Positions 1 to 11,257 are shown, counted from the first letter of the stretch. The stretch: DNA of 64,000 nt from an uncultured Lachnospiraceae bacterium (GCA_947173495.1 CAMWFQ010000017.1:19018-83017), one strand, 5' to 3'. The notes: generated from the sequence alone by a model not told the origin. Numbers and translations: made by a program.

Positions 1-1335
1 CTTTCCCGCTCTGATTACTCTTCCCTTTTCCTCCTGCAGATCTGTCAGAAACACGATCAGCATGAATGCTGCCAGGAAGAGTAGCTGTAAAACAGGCATT
101 TCCGGCAAATTTCCGCTTAGCCTGAAGTACTCAGCCGGGGCAGTGATCCCCTGCAGGCAGTGGCCTATTACATATCCTGCTTCCCGGAGATTATCTGCCC
201 TGAAAAACACCCAAGCCAGACTGACCAGCACGAACACTGCAAGCTGTTTTATAATTCTGGGAATCCGTACTCTTATCTTTTCCGAAAGCCTTCCTTCCAG
301 CAACTGCATTCCGCCGTGCAGTCCTCCCCAGAAAACAAAAGACCAGTCAGCCCCATGCCAGAGACCGCTCAGCAAAAAAGTGATCATCACATTTCGGTCT
401 TTCTTCCAGGTCCTTACCCTGTTTCCGCCCAGAGGGATATATACATAATCGCGAAACCATGAAGTCAGAGAAATATGCCAGCGCTTCCAGAATTCTTTCA
501 CCGAATCCGCAAAATACGGCCGCATAAAATTGGGTTTTAAATAAATGCCCAGAAGTCCTGCAATTCCTGTCGCCATATCCGAATATCCCGAAAAATCACA
601 ATAGATCTCTATGGAATAAAGCACGATCACCAGCACCAGCGACAGCCCTGAATAACCTCTGACATCTGCATATACCTGATCAACATATACCGCAAGACTG
701 TCTGCAATCATGATTTTTTTCAGGCAGCCAAGTAATATTCTCTGGAAAGATATCCTGGCATTTTCATAAGAAAACGCTCTCTTTTCTTTCAATTGTACCA
801 CAAGATTCTGAATCCGTTCAATGGGACCTGAAAGCAGAATCGGAAAAAAAGCCACACTGGCGGCAAAATATCCGAAATGGTTTTCCGCATGAATCTTGCG
901 ATTATATACATCCAGGACATAACCCAGCGTCTGGAAAATATAAAAAGATATTCCCACCGGGAGCAGCAGGCTTAAAGCCGGTATCCGAAACGGAACCGAT
1001 GCCTTTTCCAGCATGCTTCCAAAGATTTCGGAAAAAAATCCCAAATATTTAAATAAAAATAAAATACTCAGCTCGAAAATAACATAGAGCCTCAATGTCC
1101 ATTTTCTGCTCTGTTCTCTCCCCTCCCGTCCATCCGTCCGCTCCAGCAGAAGAGCTGTCAAATAGGAAATCAGGGTAACCAAAAGCAGAAGCAGAGAATA
1201 CTTTATATTCCATGCCGAATAAAATACATACCCTGCTCCCAGCAAAAGAATCCATCTGTACTTGCAGGACATTGTCCAGTAGCATCCAAATATGATAATA
1301 AAAAATATGATAAATTCTGCCGATTGGAATACCAT
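1..1335 (-). CDS. MBOAT family O-acyltransferase (AlgI/DltB-like), runs off the window edge
   Basis: Not in the ORF track (open-ended). Manual translation from ATG at 1335 (RBS AGGAG upstream) gives MVFQSAEFIIFF...LPVGISFYIFQTLGYVLDVY...FFPILLSGPIER, typical MBOAT motifs. Confidence 0.85.
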   Translation of the reverse strand, partial: MVFQSAEFIIFFIIIFGCYWTMSCKYRWILLLGAGYVFYSAWNIKYSLLLLLVTLISYLTALLLERTDGREGREQSRKWTLRLYVIFELSILFLFKYLGFFSEIFGSMLEKASVPFRIPALSLLLPVGISFYIFQTLGYVLDVYNRKIHAENHFGYFAASVAFFPILLSGPIERIQNLVVQLKEKRAFSYENARISFQRILLGCLKKIMIADSLAVYVDQVYADVRGYSGLSLVLVIVLYSIEIYCDFSGYSDMATGIAGLLGIYLKPNFMRPYFADSVKEFWKRWHISLTSWFRDYVYIPLGGNRVRTWKKDRNVMITFLLSGLWHGADWSFVFWGGLHGGMQLLEGRLSEKIRVRIPRIIKQLAVFVLVSLAWVFFRADNLREAGYVIGHCLQGITAPAEYFRLSGNLPEMPVLQLLFLAAFMLIVFLTDLQEEKGRVIRAGK

Positions 1336-1356
1336 TCCTTTTCTCCTGCCGATTGA

Positions 1357-3303
1357 CTACTTGCTTACATATATGGCAAGCTTTCCGTTCTCTGTACTCA
1401 TCTCCGCTCTCTTATATTCCCTGTCGTTTAACGTGATAATTTCTTCTCCATACCTGTTTGTCAAAATACATTCAGGCACAAATTCTCTATCTGAATATTT
1501 ATCAGATACATTCTCAATGAGCACATTCTCAATTCGAACATTCCTTTCGCTCAGGGCTGCCCATAACGGATATTCATACTCGATTCCGCCTATTTTAATT
1601 CCGATATTTTTATAGTCTTTTTCCGTGATCACGTCTAACACTTCGAAAAAATTCCCCTTAATATCATAATTATTTGCAAAATATCCATTTGGCCTTCCTG
1701 CAGCCTCTTCGTGCCATATCTCCTGATGATACCTTGTTAATGAAATCAACTCTGTTAAGCAAAGGAAACAAACGACTGGAACTATCGCAGTTCTCAGACC
1801 TTCAAATCTGCACTTCCCGGTTATCTCCTGTATCTGCCACCCAATCATCGGACACAGTGCTGCCAGATACGCCAGCATATACCGATTGACATAAGGTTCC
1901 CACCTTACAACTGCACAGAAAACAAGAAACATAACCATTGCCCAGACAGAATATTTGCTGCCGGTATTCCTGCTCTTCCTCATATGTGCCACACCCCATA
2001 TAAAACAGAAAAACGCCAATATTACAACTACCGGATTCGTTGCCGTATCATGTCCGTAGGACGGTGCTCTGCGCATTATATACTCTACGCCGTCTTCCGT
2101 AATACTTCCATCATTCATATCTACCCCCAGGATTCTGGCTGTCAGAAAAACGATTTTTACCATCCACTCATTACTGCCGTACAGATAAATATTTGACCAA
2201 TTATAAGCGAAATTCTTGATCATATTAATCAGTAAATAGTCCGGACGCAATGTTCCCACCAATTGTCTTGCTCCCACCACCGGATCCGTCAGTGCGGCAA
2301 ATGTCTGATAATTTCTCGTCCATTCCGGGATAAGCGGAATAAACACCGCCGGTATTACGCATAAGATGATCTTCAGAAGGACCTGCCATCTGTCCCTTCT
2401 TCTGATACATCTGATCAGCAGAAAGCACAGCAGAACTGCCATTCCCACATTTACCGAAGGTTTGGCCAGGTATCCAAAGGACAGACAGAGCCCCATGGCG
2501 GCACACTTCCATACTGTATCTTTCGTGAATTGAATCTCCTTCTCCTCATACACATCAATATAACATAAAATAAACATCAGCAGCCAAAGTGTTGAAAACA
2601 AATCCACCTGTGTATTTAATGCCTCTCCAAATGCGATGGGCATTGTCATAAAAAGGAGCGTTGACAGAGAGGCAAGCTTTCGGCAGCACCCTATTTTCAC
2701 AGCAATTTCATAAACCAGATATGCATTGACAAGATAGGAACAGGATTGCAAAAGATTGAGCAGATAATCTTTCTGCCCGGACAGAATATATACCTGAACA
2801 TTGATGAATTCTGCCAGCACAGGACTTGCCAGCTGTCGGACATCGTTTGCCGCATAATGCGCTACGGAACGATTTTTTGCCCACTGAGCAATCCGGGGTA
2901 AATGATAAGTCATGGAATCCCAGTTATAGGGGACTGTCAATATTGAGAAGATCAATACGATTATGCCCGCCAGTACAACTGCTGCCAAAATCCATGAGCT
3001 TTCCTTCATGCATTGTTTCCATATCCTGAAATCTATTCTGAAAGCTTTCACATTCTTTCTCCTGTGAAACAGTCCCACAGCGACAAGAATCAGAAGCGCT
3101 CCATTCAGCATTCCCCAGGCTACGATTATCCCGGCCTTATTAAGCATATGTAGTTGTGATAAAATCTCTACTGCCGCAAATGACCATATGTTCCAGGCTA
3201 AAATAGCCTTAACGCATATATACGCCCTTTCTTCTTCTCCGGTCAGCCTTACACCTATCATCAATAAAATAATTGCTAACAGCATATTTTCTCCTTTGAT
3301 CAC
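1357..3303 (-). CDS. GT-C fold (ArnT/PMT-like) integral membrane glycosyltransferase
   Basis: 648 aa, many TM segments, early loop PYNWDSMTYHLPRI with acidic residue typical of polyprenyl-P-sugar transferases. Confidence 0.7.
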   Translation of the reverse strand: MIKGENMLLAIILLMIGVRLTGEEERAYICVKAILAWNIWSFAAVEILSQLHMLNKAGIIVAWGMLNGALLILVAVGLFHRRKNVKAFRIDFRIWKQCMKESSWILAAVVLAGIIVLIFSILTVPYNWDSMTYHLPRIAQWAKNRSVAHYAANDVRQLASPVLAEFINVQVYILSGQKDYLLNLLQSCSYLVNAYLVYEIAVKIGCCRKLASLSTLLFMTMPIAFGEALNTQVDLFSTLWLLMFILCYIDVYEEKEIQFTKDTVWKCAAMGLCLSFGYLAKPSVNVGMAVLLCFLLIRCIRRRDRWQVLLKIILCVIPAVFIPLIPEWTRNYQTFAALTDPVVGARQLVGTLRPDYLLINMIKNFAYNWSNIYLYGSNEWMVKIVFLTARILGVDMNDGSITEDGVEYIMRRAPSYGHDTATNPVVVILAFFCFIWGVAHMRKSRNTGSKYSVWAMVMFLVFCAVVRWEPYVNRYMLAYLAALCPMIGWQIQEITGKCRFEGLRTAIVPVVCFLCLTELISLTRYHQEIWHEEAAGRPNGYFANNYDIKGNFFEVLDVITEKDYKNIGIKIGGIEYEYPLWAALSERNVRIENVLIENVSDKYSDREFVPECILTNRYGEEIITLNDREYKRAEMSTENGKLAIYVSK

Positions 3304-3326
3304 TTATACTGAATCCGCAAGACTCA

Positions 3327-4835
3327 TTATGAATGAAAGCTGACAATGATCTTTTTCCCGTTCAAATAACAGCTGTACAATGAATTATTCAATACCGGAT
3401 CCTCCGAGGAAATGACAGACAGATCCTCCTCAGTTATCTGATCTATCTTCAGCTCGTCCTGCATATAATGATACAGCCAGACTCCTCCTATCCATGTATC
3501 ATTGGTAAAATATACAGGCACAATTTCGTTAAAAAAGGGATATTTGACACACATCATTTGAAGCTGTCTGGCTCTTGGCACGTCCCCTTCCAAAGAAAAT
3601 GTCATAAAATCTTCTTTACCGTTAAGCGTCTCCAGGTCATGTACAATACTGTATACCATATATTTTTCATATTCTTTTTGACTTTTAAGCGCATTTCCAT
3701 AGGCATACATAAGAGTATACTGGAAAAAGCAGCACAGAATCAACAAAACCGGCACAATCCTTTGTAATACCTTCTTCTCATTTGCCAGATACATCCATAA
3801 TATCCCAATGGAAAAAAGAAAGCCTCCAAACGAAAGAAACAGTCTGCTTCGCATTGCCAACGATCTTAGAACCACCAATGGAAGCCAGGATGCGGCAAAG
3901 ACAATCACCGGTGAAACCGCCAGACATATTCCGCCTGCGGCTTTCAACCAGCCATGTGTTTTGTTCTTCCTGAAATAGGTAGTCAAAACCATTCCCCAGG
4001 CAATTGCAATGGTTATTGCCAATATACCCAAATAAAGCTTTGGTGTACCTGACATATAATTTTTAATATAAGTGCAGACATTCTTCACATTTGCTATCAC
4101 AGTCTGTATTGACTCAGCGCTCAGATTTGAGATCATCTGTGACGCTTCATATCTCCACCCTTCCTTATCTACATAATGAGGGGCAATCACAAGCGCATAC
4201 ATAATAGCACCGGCCCCGATCCCTCCCATTCTGAAGAAGTCCTGTCTGATCCGGTTTCTACCATACATGATAAAAATCAGAATATTTATTATAAATAATA
4301 CGATACACATTCCGATCGCAGGCTGATAAACTGACATTATTACCACACCGGCCAAAAAGGAACATAACGCCAGCACAATTCCAGATATCTGATCCGGAAT
4401 CGCATAAATCACAAACGGTACACTGAGCGCACTTAACATAATGATACTGTCAAATCTGTATGATAAATTTGACATCGCCAACGGATTTGTAATAATAAAC
4501 AATAAAACCGGTACTTTCAAGTAATTATGCGGAAACAGATCAAAATTCTTTTCAGCATATAAAGTAAGTGCATAAGATAAAATCAATATGGCCGCTATCA
4601 GCGGCAGCGGTGCAATATCCGTAATCGGTCTCTGACCTCCATAAAGTAACAGAATAAGCCATTCTCCCAGAGGTCTTCCATCCCCTTTCCATCCGGTCAG
4701 ACCGTACAACGACCTGGCAAGATCGTCGTCATAATATCGGTCCGCCAGAATAACAGGAAAAACATACAGCAGACTCATGATCGTCAGTTCCATATATAAA
4801 ACCATATGCTTTTTATCCAGTTTACACCACTTCAT
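3327..4835 (-). CDS. GtrII-like glucosyltransferase-domain membrane protein
   Basis: 502 aa, YYDDDLAR...W...GRPL motif, multi-TM N-terminal part and soluble C-terminus. Confidence 0.75.
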   Translation of the reverse strand: MKWCKLDKKHMVLYMELTIMSLLYVFPVILADRYYDDDLARSLYGLTGWKGDGRPLGEWLILLLYGGQRPITDIAPLPLIAAILILSYALTLYAEKNFDLFPHNYLKVPVLLFIITNPLAMSNLSYRFDSIIMLSALSVPFVIYAIPDQISGIVLALCSFLAGVVIMSVYQPAIGMCIVLFIINILIFIMYGRNRIRQDFFRMGGIGAGAIMYALVIAPHYVDKEGWRYEASQMISNLSAESIQTVIANVKNVCTYIKNYMSGTPKLYLGILAITIAIAWGMVLTTYFRKNKTHGWLKAAGGICLAVSPVIVFAASWLPLVVLRSLAMRSRLFLSFGGFLFSIGILWMYLANEKKVLQRIVPVLLILCCFFQYTLMYAYGNALKSQKEYEKYMVYSIVHDLETLNGKEDFMTFSLEGDVPRARQLQMMCVKYPFFNEIVPVYFTNDTWIGGVWLYHYMQDELKIDQITEEDLSVISSEDPVLNNSLYSCYLNGKKIIVSFHS

Positions 4836-4854
4836 CCCCGTTTCAATCTCCTCC

Positions 4855-5865
4855 TCATATAATTATCTTTTTTAAAAACGGAACCTTCAGCGACAAAACT
4901 GCGCCGATAGTCGAAAACGCCGCCTTACCTGTAAACAGCAGCCCCATCTGTAAAGAAGACGGTATTTCTGCAGCCTGCAGAAAATCTAACACGTAATTCC
5001 ACGGAAACATAGATAATTCCAGTAAATGAAAGCACAATATAATCAGTGAATTTCTTCCGCAGAAGCACAATGCTGACTTCAAAATGCGGGTTTTGTAGCT
5101 GATCATATATGCAATACAGATAACCGAATAGCTTATCAGAACCGAAGATACCATATCGAAAATCCCTGCGGGATAATCATTGGCCGCCGCTACCATCACG
5201 GATTCTCTCCTGTATGCAAGGAGCAGCAGCAACATCCCCAGCAAAAAGAACCTGATATCCGGTATATGATCAAGCAGCCTGTGTTTCCTCGCCAGATAGC
5301 CTGTATATACAAATACCGCAGCCACTCCGCCGGCCTGAAGGCTGAAGGGCAGCCATATATATCGTGACGTCAGCCAGGAAACACCGGCAATGATACCTAT
5401 CATCACCGCACAGTACTTTGTTCCCAGGAAATATCTCACCGTTATCAATGCCCAGAATAATGCCGGCAGAAACCATACCGCCCCTATTTCTTTGATCTGA
5501 AAGGGTATTTTATAGTCCGCTCCCGCACCGTAGACAGACGCCAGCCCCCATCTGATCAGGTCGGGAAGCACCTGGTCCTTCATCCCCCTCACCAGATCCG
5601 CCGGCACCACCAAAATACATACTCCCGCGCAGGCAGCCAGATAGGGGACCAGCAGCCGGCCGGCCTTTTCCTGTACAAAATCCTTATATTCCTTTCGCGT
5701 CGAAAGAAAGTATCCGCTGATCAGGAAAAATATCGGTATATGGAACGGATATACCAGTCTCATTACCGTATTTATCCCTAAATGCCCCGCGATCACACAT
5801 AAAATCGCCATTCCTTTTGCGACATCCATATAGGAAAGCCTTTTTGCCGATGTCACTTCTTCCAT
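4855..5865 (-). CDS. Acyltransferase family 3 (AT3) O-acyltransferase
   Basis: RLSYMDVAKG...GH...FHIPIFFLISGY and WFLPALF motifs; start moved to ATG 5865 (RBS GGAG). Confidence 0.85.
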   Translation of the reverse strand: MEEVTSAKRLSYMDVAKGMAILCVIAGHLGINTVMRLVYPFHIPIFFLISGYFLSTRKEYKDFVQEKAGRLLVPYLAACAGVCILVVPADLVRGMKDQVLPDLIRWGLASVYGAGADYKIPFQIKEIGAVWFLPALFWALITVRYFLGTKYCAVMIGIIAGVSWLTSRYIWLPFSLQAGGVAAVFVYTGYLARKHRLLDHIPDIRFFLLGMLLLLLAYRRESVMVAAANDYPAGIFDMVSSVLISYSVICIAYMISYKTRILKSALCFCGRNSLIILCFHLLELSMFPWNYVLDFLQAAEIPSSLQMGLLFTGKAAFSTIGAVLSLKVPFLKKIII

Positions 5866-5884
5866 ACGTACTCCTACAAAAACC

Positions 5885-7579
5885 TTATTCCGCCGCCTTC
5901 TCCACCGCATAGACCGCCAGCTTCTCTGTATCCAGATCTATCTGCCGCAATCCTTCCTGCATCATCTCCTCAGAAAACAGTGCCAGGAAAACGGTATTCT
6001 CTCCACGGCTGGCAATCTCCTGTACATCTGTCTTTTCAATCACCTTATACTGCTGCTTTATATATCCATAGAAATTCCGTGGGTAACGCTCGCCATTCGT
6101 TGGGTTTACATAATAAACCAATTCATATCCCTCTTCATTTAAATAGTCTGCGATTTGTATGCCATCCTTCTGGATCGTCTTTCCTTCCGCCACAATATTA
6201 TTATAGACCGGAAGCTGAACACAATTCAGCAGCCACAGGGCAATCACCATAGCTGTCCCGCATCTCATAAACATTCCAGCTGTATCTTTATTCTTTTTCC
6301 CTCTCCTCCATAACAGCAGCAAAGCGCATCCTGCGGCGGCTGTGACGATCACATCCGCATAAGGCATAAAATATTCAGACAAATTCTCCAGCACCAGAAA
6401 AACAAAGCCATCCACGATCCCCTGGGTGGTTTTTCCCTGCGCAAAAAAGAAATACAGCAGACAGATCCCTATAACTGAGGCTGAAAAAATCCATATTTTT
6501 CTGTTCCTTAAGGACTTTTCTTTCTGGCATACCTTTACAAATAAAAGAAACACCAGCGGTACCAGCATCTGAAAGTACCGGAATAAAAATCTGTGAGGAT
6601 AAAGCTGCAGCCCTTCCTCCGGAATAGTTGCCAGAAAAACCGTCTCTAACACCATAAATCCACATGAAACCAGTGTAAAGTCCGCCAGCCATTTTTTACT
6701 GCCCTCCAATTCCTTGTGATGAAACAGAACTGCTGCTGCCGGAATAATCCCTGTGCAGAATGACGTTAATCCAACATATATCGCCGAAAGTGAAACAGCA
6801 CATGCAATGGTCATCCAGGTAACAGGAAATAAATGAGAAAACTGATCCACATACCGATTGCTTCCCTGCTCAAAACCATTCAGATATAACACCGCCAGAT
6901 ATAGTATTGCCGTAAGAACGCAGTAAACGCCATCGTAGAGCACAAGCTTTCCTATAGACCGGAGTTCTCTCTTCCTTCTGCAGATCCGGTACAGGAAAAT
7001 CAGATTCACCACCACCGGAACAAAAAACAGATGGGACTTGCAAAAGAAACAAAGTACCGAAAAAACAGATCCCAGCACGATCCATAAGTAGTTTCTTTTC
7101 TCCCCTTCCGTTTCGACTGCAAGATACAAAAAATACACTGCCCACATAAATATCGGAAAATTCAAAATCTCCTGCATTACATAGCCGCACTCAAACATAT
7201 AGGGCAGGAACATGGTAAAGCCGGAAAAGACCAGTGCCTGCTTTTCATCCTCCAGCACCCTTCTGGCCAGCAGCCAGGTTGGAAATACGGCGGAACACAT
7301 AGTGATCACGCCGATCAGGCGGACAATAAATAATATATTCTCCGGGGAATAAAAAAAGTAGGCGAAGGAAATCAGCACAGAATATAATACGCAATTATAA
7401 GTAGCCGTTTCTCCGTTAAATTCAAACCTGTGTCTGTAATGGAATGATTTCGCCATCTCCAGATACAGTTCTTCATCCGACCCTATATGAACCGTGGATG
7501 TAAAAAAAGAAATCATAATTCCATATACCACAACTGCTGCCAAAAATATTCCCGTTATTTTCCTGATCTCTTTACTCAT
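5885..7579 (-). CDS. Multi-TM membrane protein, probable GT-C glycosyltransferase
   Basis: 564 aa, GSDEELY acidic motif after TM1, many TM segments. Confidence 0.6.
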   Translation of the reverse strand: MSKEIRKITGIFLAAVVVYGIMISFFTSTVHIGSDEELYLEMAKSFHYRHRFEFNGETATYNCVLYSVLISFAYFFYSPENILFIVRLIGVITMCSAVFPTWLLARRVLEDEKQALVFSGFTMFLPYMFECGYVMQEILNFPIFMWAVYFLYLAVETEGEKRNYLWIVLGSVFSVLCFFCKSHLFFVPVVVNLIFLYRICRRKRELRSIGKLVLYDGVYCVLTAILYLAVLYLNGFEQGSNRYVDQFSHLFPVTWMTIACAVSLSAIYVGLTSFCTGIIPAAAVLFHHKELEGSKKWLADFTLVSCGFMVLETVFLATIPEEGLQLYPHRFLFRYFQMLVPLVFLLFVKVCQKEKSLRNRKIWIFSASVIGICLLYFFFAQGKTTQGIVDGFVFLVLENLSEYFMPYADVIVTAAAGCALLLLWRRGKKNKDTAGMFMRCGTAMVIALWLLNCVQLPVYNNIVAEGKTIQKDGIQIADYLNEEGYELVYYVNPTNGERYPRNFYGYIKQQYKVIEKTDVQEIASRGENTVFLALFSEEMMQEGLRQIDLDTEKLAVYAVEKAAE

Positions 7580-7639
7580 AGCACTTTCACCCGCTCTGAT
7601 TCCGTAACGCTTCTTCCCTTTGCTCTCATCGGACCTCCT

Positions 7640-9427
7640 TTACGAATCGCTGTTACTTTCAACCAATACCATATTCTCAAAAATCGGAATTCTGTCTGTA
7701 TACATCAGGTTAGAGCCCTCTATATACCAGCCTGAGCCATTTTCTTCTCCGTCTTCCAGCGCCGGTACCTCTTTCATGCATTCTCCGTCTCTGACCATGC
7801 GGGTTTCCAGAATCTCCCCGCCCGTTCGCTTAAAAACTACTGTATGCATTTCTCCTGTATAAATGCTTTCACAAGTATTCAAATCACAGGAGATCCCCCA
7901 CTGCCTGTTCAGATATTCCATTCGTTTCAAAATAAAATACTTTAAATATCTGATATAATTTTCGTATTCGGAATAAATGGTGGTATCTTTTCCCGTATGC
8001 CCCCACCTCTGCTGATCCATCCTTCTCGAGGCAGCAATCCACTGAACATATTCATCAATTCCCGACTCCAGAAGTTCCTCTGCGTAAGGCAGTAAAATCT
8101 CATACTGTCCCACCATGTTTTCTTTAAATGACCGGTCCTGATACAAATGAGAATACCAGCTGTTCATTCCGCCCAGTACGTCAATCGGATACTCATAATC
8201 TGTCCTGACCAGACCAAACGCCCGGTCAAAATCCCAGATTGGCCCTGATTTTAAAACTGTACTGCCTCTGTCCAGATAAAAAAAGGAACTGGCGCTCATA
8301 GAGTCCGCCTCCAGAACAAGAGCATCAATCAGAAACTGTTTTGCAAAGGAATCTTCATCCAGATACTTTTTAAATTCCGGATCATCCTTTATCAGCATAT
8401 TTTCCAGATTCTGGACAAAATTATAGATATATATAACCTCTTCCTTCGACGCATTTCCGGGATCCTTTATAGAAAACCACAAATTCTCTTCTGTCTTGAA
8501 GCATATATCATCCTCCGGCCGATCACGTTCCTTCTCGATCAGATAACCTCCTGAAATATCGGAAGGGCTCTTAATGTTGTAATAACTGTAGTTCTCAGCC
8601 TGCTGTATTTCAAGTTCCTCCCAGTTTATACCTTCTCCATTAGCATTTTCATTCTCCTTTTCAAGATCAAATATCTCTACCCGTCCCTTTCCCACGCCTA
8701 TGGCTTCCGTCAGTAAATACAGACCCTGATACTTCCCATTACAGTACAGGTCAACCCATGTACAGCCAGGCGTATATTTCAGCCCGAGATAATCAGCCAT
8801 ATCATAAATAATTTTTGACTGTATCTTATTCTGTTCAAAATATAACGCCAGTAAATTCCACTTTTTCACTGCCTCCAGACCGCACAAGGGCATTCTCTCT
8901 TCCAATGTAAAGGAGAATGATTTCTTTTCCACCCCAAAGGTCGAATTCCCTCTTGTCTCAATTTCAGGCACCTGCCCTTCATATTCAAGATTCCCGGCAC
9001 TTTCTACGATTTCGATAAATCCTTCTTCCCTGTTCTCTTTTGACTCACTGATGTGATCAAGGCTTCCGCTCTCTGTGTCTATAAAGACAGCCGGGAGATT
9101 TGCGGACTGCATGAAGCCGACCTTCCACTCTTTCCCCTTATACTTGATCTGGTATACCCTGTCTTCTTCCCAGCTGAGCCTGCTTCCTCCAGAAACATAA
9201 ATCGTATTTTCTTTTACGAATGCGGGAATAAAAAACCATGCTATCCCTGTGGATTCATCAAAACAGGGCTTTATCTCTTCCCTGCCGTTTTCATATTTTA
9301 TTGCCAGCATAATATTATTTTCTTCATCTGCAGAAAAACAAAGTGTATGATTCTCTTCCAACATCAACAATGCTTCAAACAATACTGCCATTATGAAAAC
9401 CAGGATTAATAATAAGTTTTTTTTCAT
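7640..9427 (-). CDS. CotH kinase family protein (paralog 1)
   Basis: N-terminal membrane anchor; RGNST..KKSF, VDLYCNGKYQGLYLLTE, GYLIEK, GPIWDFDRAFG. Confidence 0.85.
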   Translation of the reverse strand: MKKNLLLILVFIMAVLFEALLMLEENHTLCFSADEENNIMLAIKYENGREEIKPCFDESTGIAWFFIPAFVKENTIYVSGGSRLSWEEDRVYQIKYKGKEWKVGFMQSANLPAVFIDTESGSLDHISESKENREEGFIEIVESAGNLEYEGQVPEIETRGNSTFGVEKKSFSFTLEERMPLCGLEAVKKWNLLALYFEQNKIQSKIIYDMADYLGLKYTPGCTWVDLYCNGKYQGLYLLTEAIGVGKGRVEIFDLEKENENANGEGINWEELEIQQAENYSYYNIKSPSDISGGYLIEKERDRPEDDICFKTEENLWFSIKDPGNASKEEVIYIYNFVQNLENMLIKDDPEFKKYLDEDSFAKQFLIDALVLEADSMSASSFFYLDRGSTVLKSGPIWDFDRAFGLVRTDYEYPIDVLGGMNSWYSHLYQDRSFKENMVGQYEILLPYAEELLESGIDEYVQWIAASRRMDQQRWGHTGKDTTIYSEYENYIRYLKYFILKRMEYLNRQWGISCDLNTCESIYTGEMHTVVFKRTGGEILETRMVRDGECMKEVPALEDGEENGSGWYIEGSNLMYTDRIPIFENMVLVESNSDS

Positions 9428-11247
9428 TTTCGTTCAATCAACACCATATCTTCAAAAACAGGAATTTTTTCATTATATTTTAAGCTTGAATCCTCAAAAT
9501 ACCAGCCGGATTCTCTGTCATCAACGCTCAACTCCGGTAAATCATACATACATTGCCCATCTTTCAGCAAATAGATATCCGATTTACTTCCATCCGCTTT
9601 TTCAAAAGTAACCGTATGCTTTTCTTCTTGATGGAAATCATAATAGCTGCTTAAATCACAGGAAATATCCCATTGTTTATTTAAATATTCAGTGCGCTTT
9701 ATAAGAAAATACTTTAAATATCTGACATAGCTCTCATGATTCCGGTAGATCATAGTAGCTTCACCGGTATTCCCCCACTTCTGCCTGTCCATCCTTAACG
9801 ATGCAGATACCCATTCAACATATTCATCGATTCCTGTCTCCAGAATTTTTTCTATATAAGGAAGCAGCTGCCTGTAATACCCCACCACCTTACCTTGAAA
9901 CTCCGGATCTCTATACAGGCTCACATACCACTCGTTCACAGGATAATCTTCCATAGCACGCGTATAATCCGGTAAAATCAGCCCAAACGCCCGGTCATAA
10001 TCCCAGATCGGCCCCGATTTTAAAGCCACGCCCCCTTTATCCAGATAATAAAAGGCGCTCATAATCATCGCATCAGCCTCCAGAACGATTTTGTCTATCA
10101 AAAACTGCTTTGCAAACGAATCCTCATCCAGATATTCCTTATAGCCGCTGTCACCTTCCAGAATCATATCTTCCAGCTTCCGGATATAATCCGCTATATA
10201 TTCTACTTCTTCCCTTGAAGCATTATCCGGACTTTTCATGGTAAAACAAACCCCTGCCTCCGTGAAAAAGTATATATCATCTTCTGTTATTCTGTCATCA
10301 CGCTCTTTTTCGATTAAATACCCACCGGAAATGTCTGCAGGACTTTTAATGTCATAATAACTGTACGTTTCTTCCCGTATTATATCCAGGAGCTTCAGAT
10401 TCTGCTCTCCATTTACGAACTGATTTTCTTTCTCCAGATCATATATCTCTACCCGCCCTTCTCCAACTGTGACAGCTTCTGTAAGAAGGTACAGCCCTTC
10501 ATATCTTCCGTTACAATACAGATCAACCCATGTACAGCCCGGGGTATATTCCAGCCCAAGGTAGTCCGCCATCTCAAAAATAATTTTAGACTGTATCTTA
10601 TTCTGTTCAAAATATAGAGAAAGCAAATTCCACTTTTTCCCTGACTCCAACCCACATAATGGCTGTTTTTCCTTCAGTGTAAATGCAAACGATTTCTTAC
10701 TGGCTAAAAAAGTAGTATTTCCTCTCTCCGAAATTCTGGGCAGTTTCCCCTCGTATTCCTTATTACCGGTGTTTTCTATCACCTTAATATATCCCTGTTC
10801 GCTGTTTCTTTTATCTTCATTCAGATAATCAAGGCTCCCGCTTGCTGTTTTTATAAATACGGATGGCAGGTTTGCCGATCTCATGAATCTGGCATTCATA
10901 CTCCCCATTCCAGAGCTTATCTGATAGGTATTGTCTTCCTCCCACTCCAATTTATTCCCCGCCGGGTGAAGAGGCTCTCCGTCAGCCGCCCGCACAGATA
11001 TGTCATCCGCATTCCAGTAAATAGTATTTTCCTTTACAAATGCAGGGATAAAAAACCATGTTATTCCGGAGATTTCATCAAAAAAGGGATGAATCTGTTC
11101 CGTACTGCCATCGCACTTTAGAGACAGAACAATATTTTCCCCTTCGTCAAGAACGAAATAAACCATACGGCTGTCTGAATTTATCACCATAATCTCAAAG
11201 AATACTGCTGATAGTAACACAGCCAGCAATAACAATTTCTTTTTCAT
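9424..11247 (-). CDS. CotH kinase family protein (paralog 2)
   Basis: RGNTT..KKSF, VDLYCNGRYEGLYLLTE, GPIWDYDRAFG; start moved to MKKKLL (RBS AGAGG). Confidence 0.85.
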   Translation of the reverse strand: MKKKLLLLAVLLSAVFFEIMVINSDSRMVYFVLDEGENIVLSLKCDGSTEQIHPFFDEISGITWFFIPAFVKENTIYWNADDISVRAADGEPLHPAGNKLEWEEDNTYQISSGMGSMNARFMRSANLPSVFIKTASGSLDYLNEDKRNSEQGYIKVIENTGNKEYEGKLPRISERGNTTFLASKKSFAFTLKEKQPLCGLESGKKWNLLSLYFEQNKIQSKIIFEMADYLGLEYTPGCTWVDLYCNGRYEGLYLLTEAVTVGEGRVEIYDLEKENQFVNGEQNLKLLDIIREETYSYYDIKSPADISGGYLIEKERDDRITEDDIYFFTEAGVCFTMKSPDNASREEVEYIADYIRKLEDMILEGDSGYKEYLDEDSFAKQFLIDKIVLEADAMIMSAFYYLDKGGVALKSGPIWDYDRAFGLILPDYTRAMEDYPVNEWYVSLYRDPEFQGKVVGYYRQLLPYIEKILETGIDEYVEWVSASLRMDRQKWGNTGEATMIYRNHESYVRYLKYFLIKRTEYLNKQWDISCDLSSYYDFHQEEKHTVTFEKADGSKSDIYLLKDGQCMYDLPELSVDDRESGWYFEDSSLKYNEKIPVFEDMVLIERK

Positions 11248-11257
11248 TCTGTCCTCT

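Noticed and set aside
1049-1285. 78-aa minus-strand ORF, considered as a possible acyl carrier protein
   Set aside because: Alternative-frame shadow inside the MBOAT (1-1335); no DSL phosphopantetheine motif
7640-11247. Literal annotation of the CotH genes as spore-coat assembly genes
   Set aside because: No sporulation genes nearby; membrane-anchored proteins in a glycan gene run
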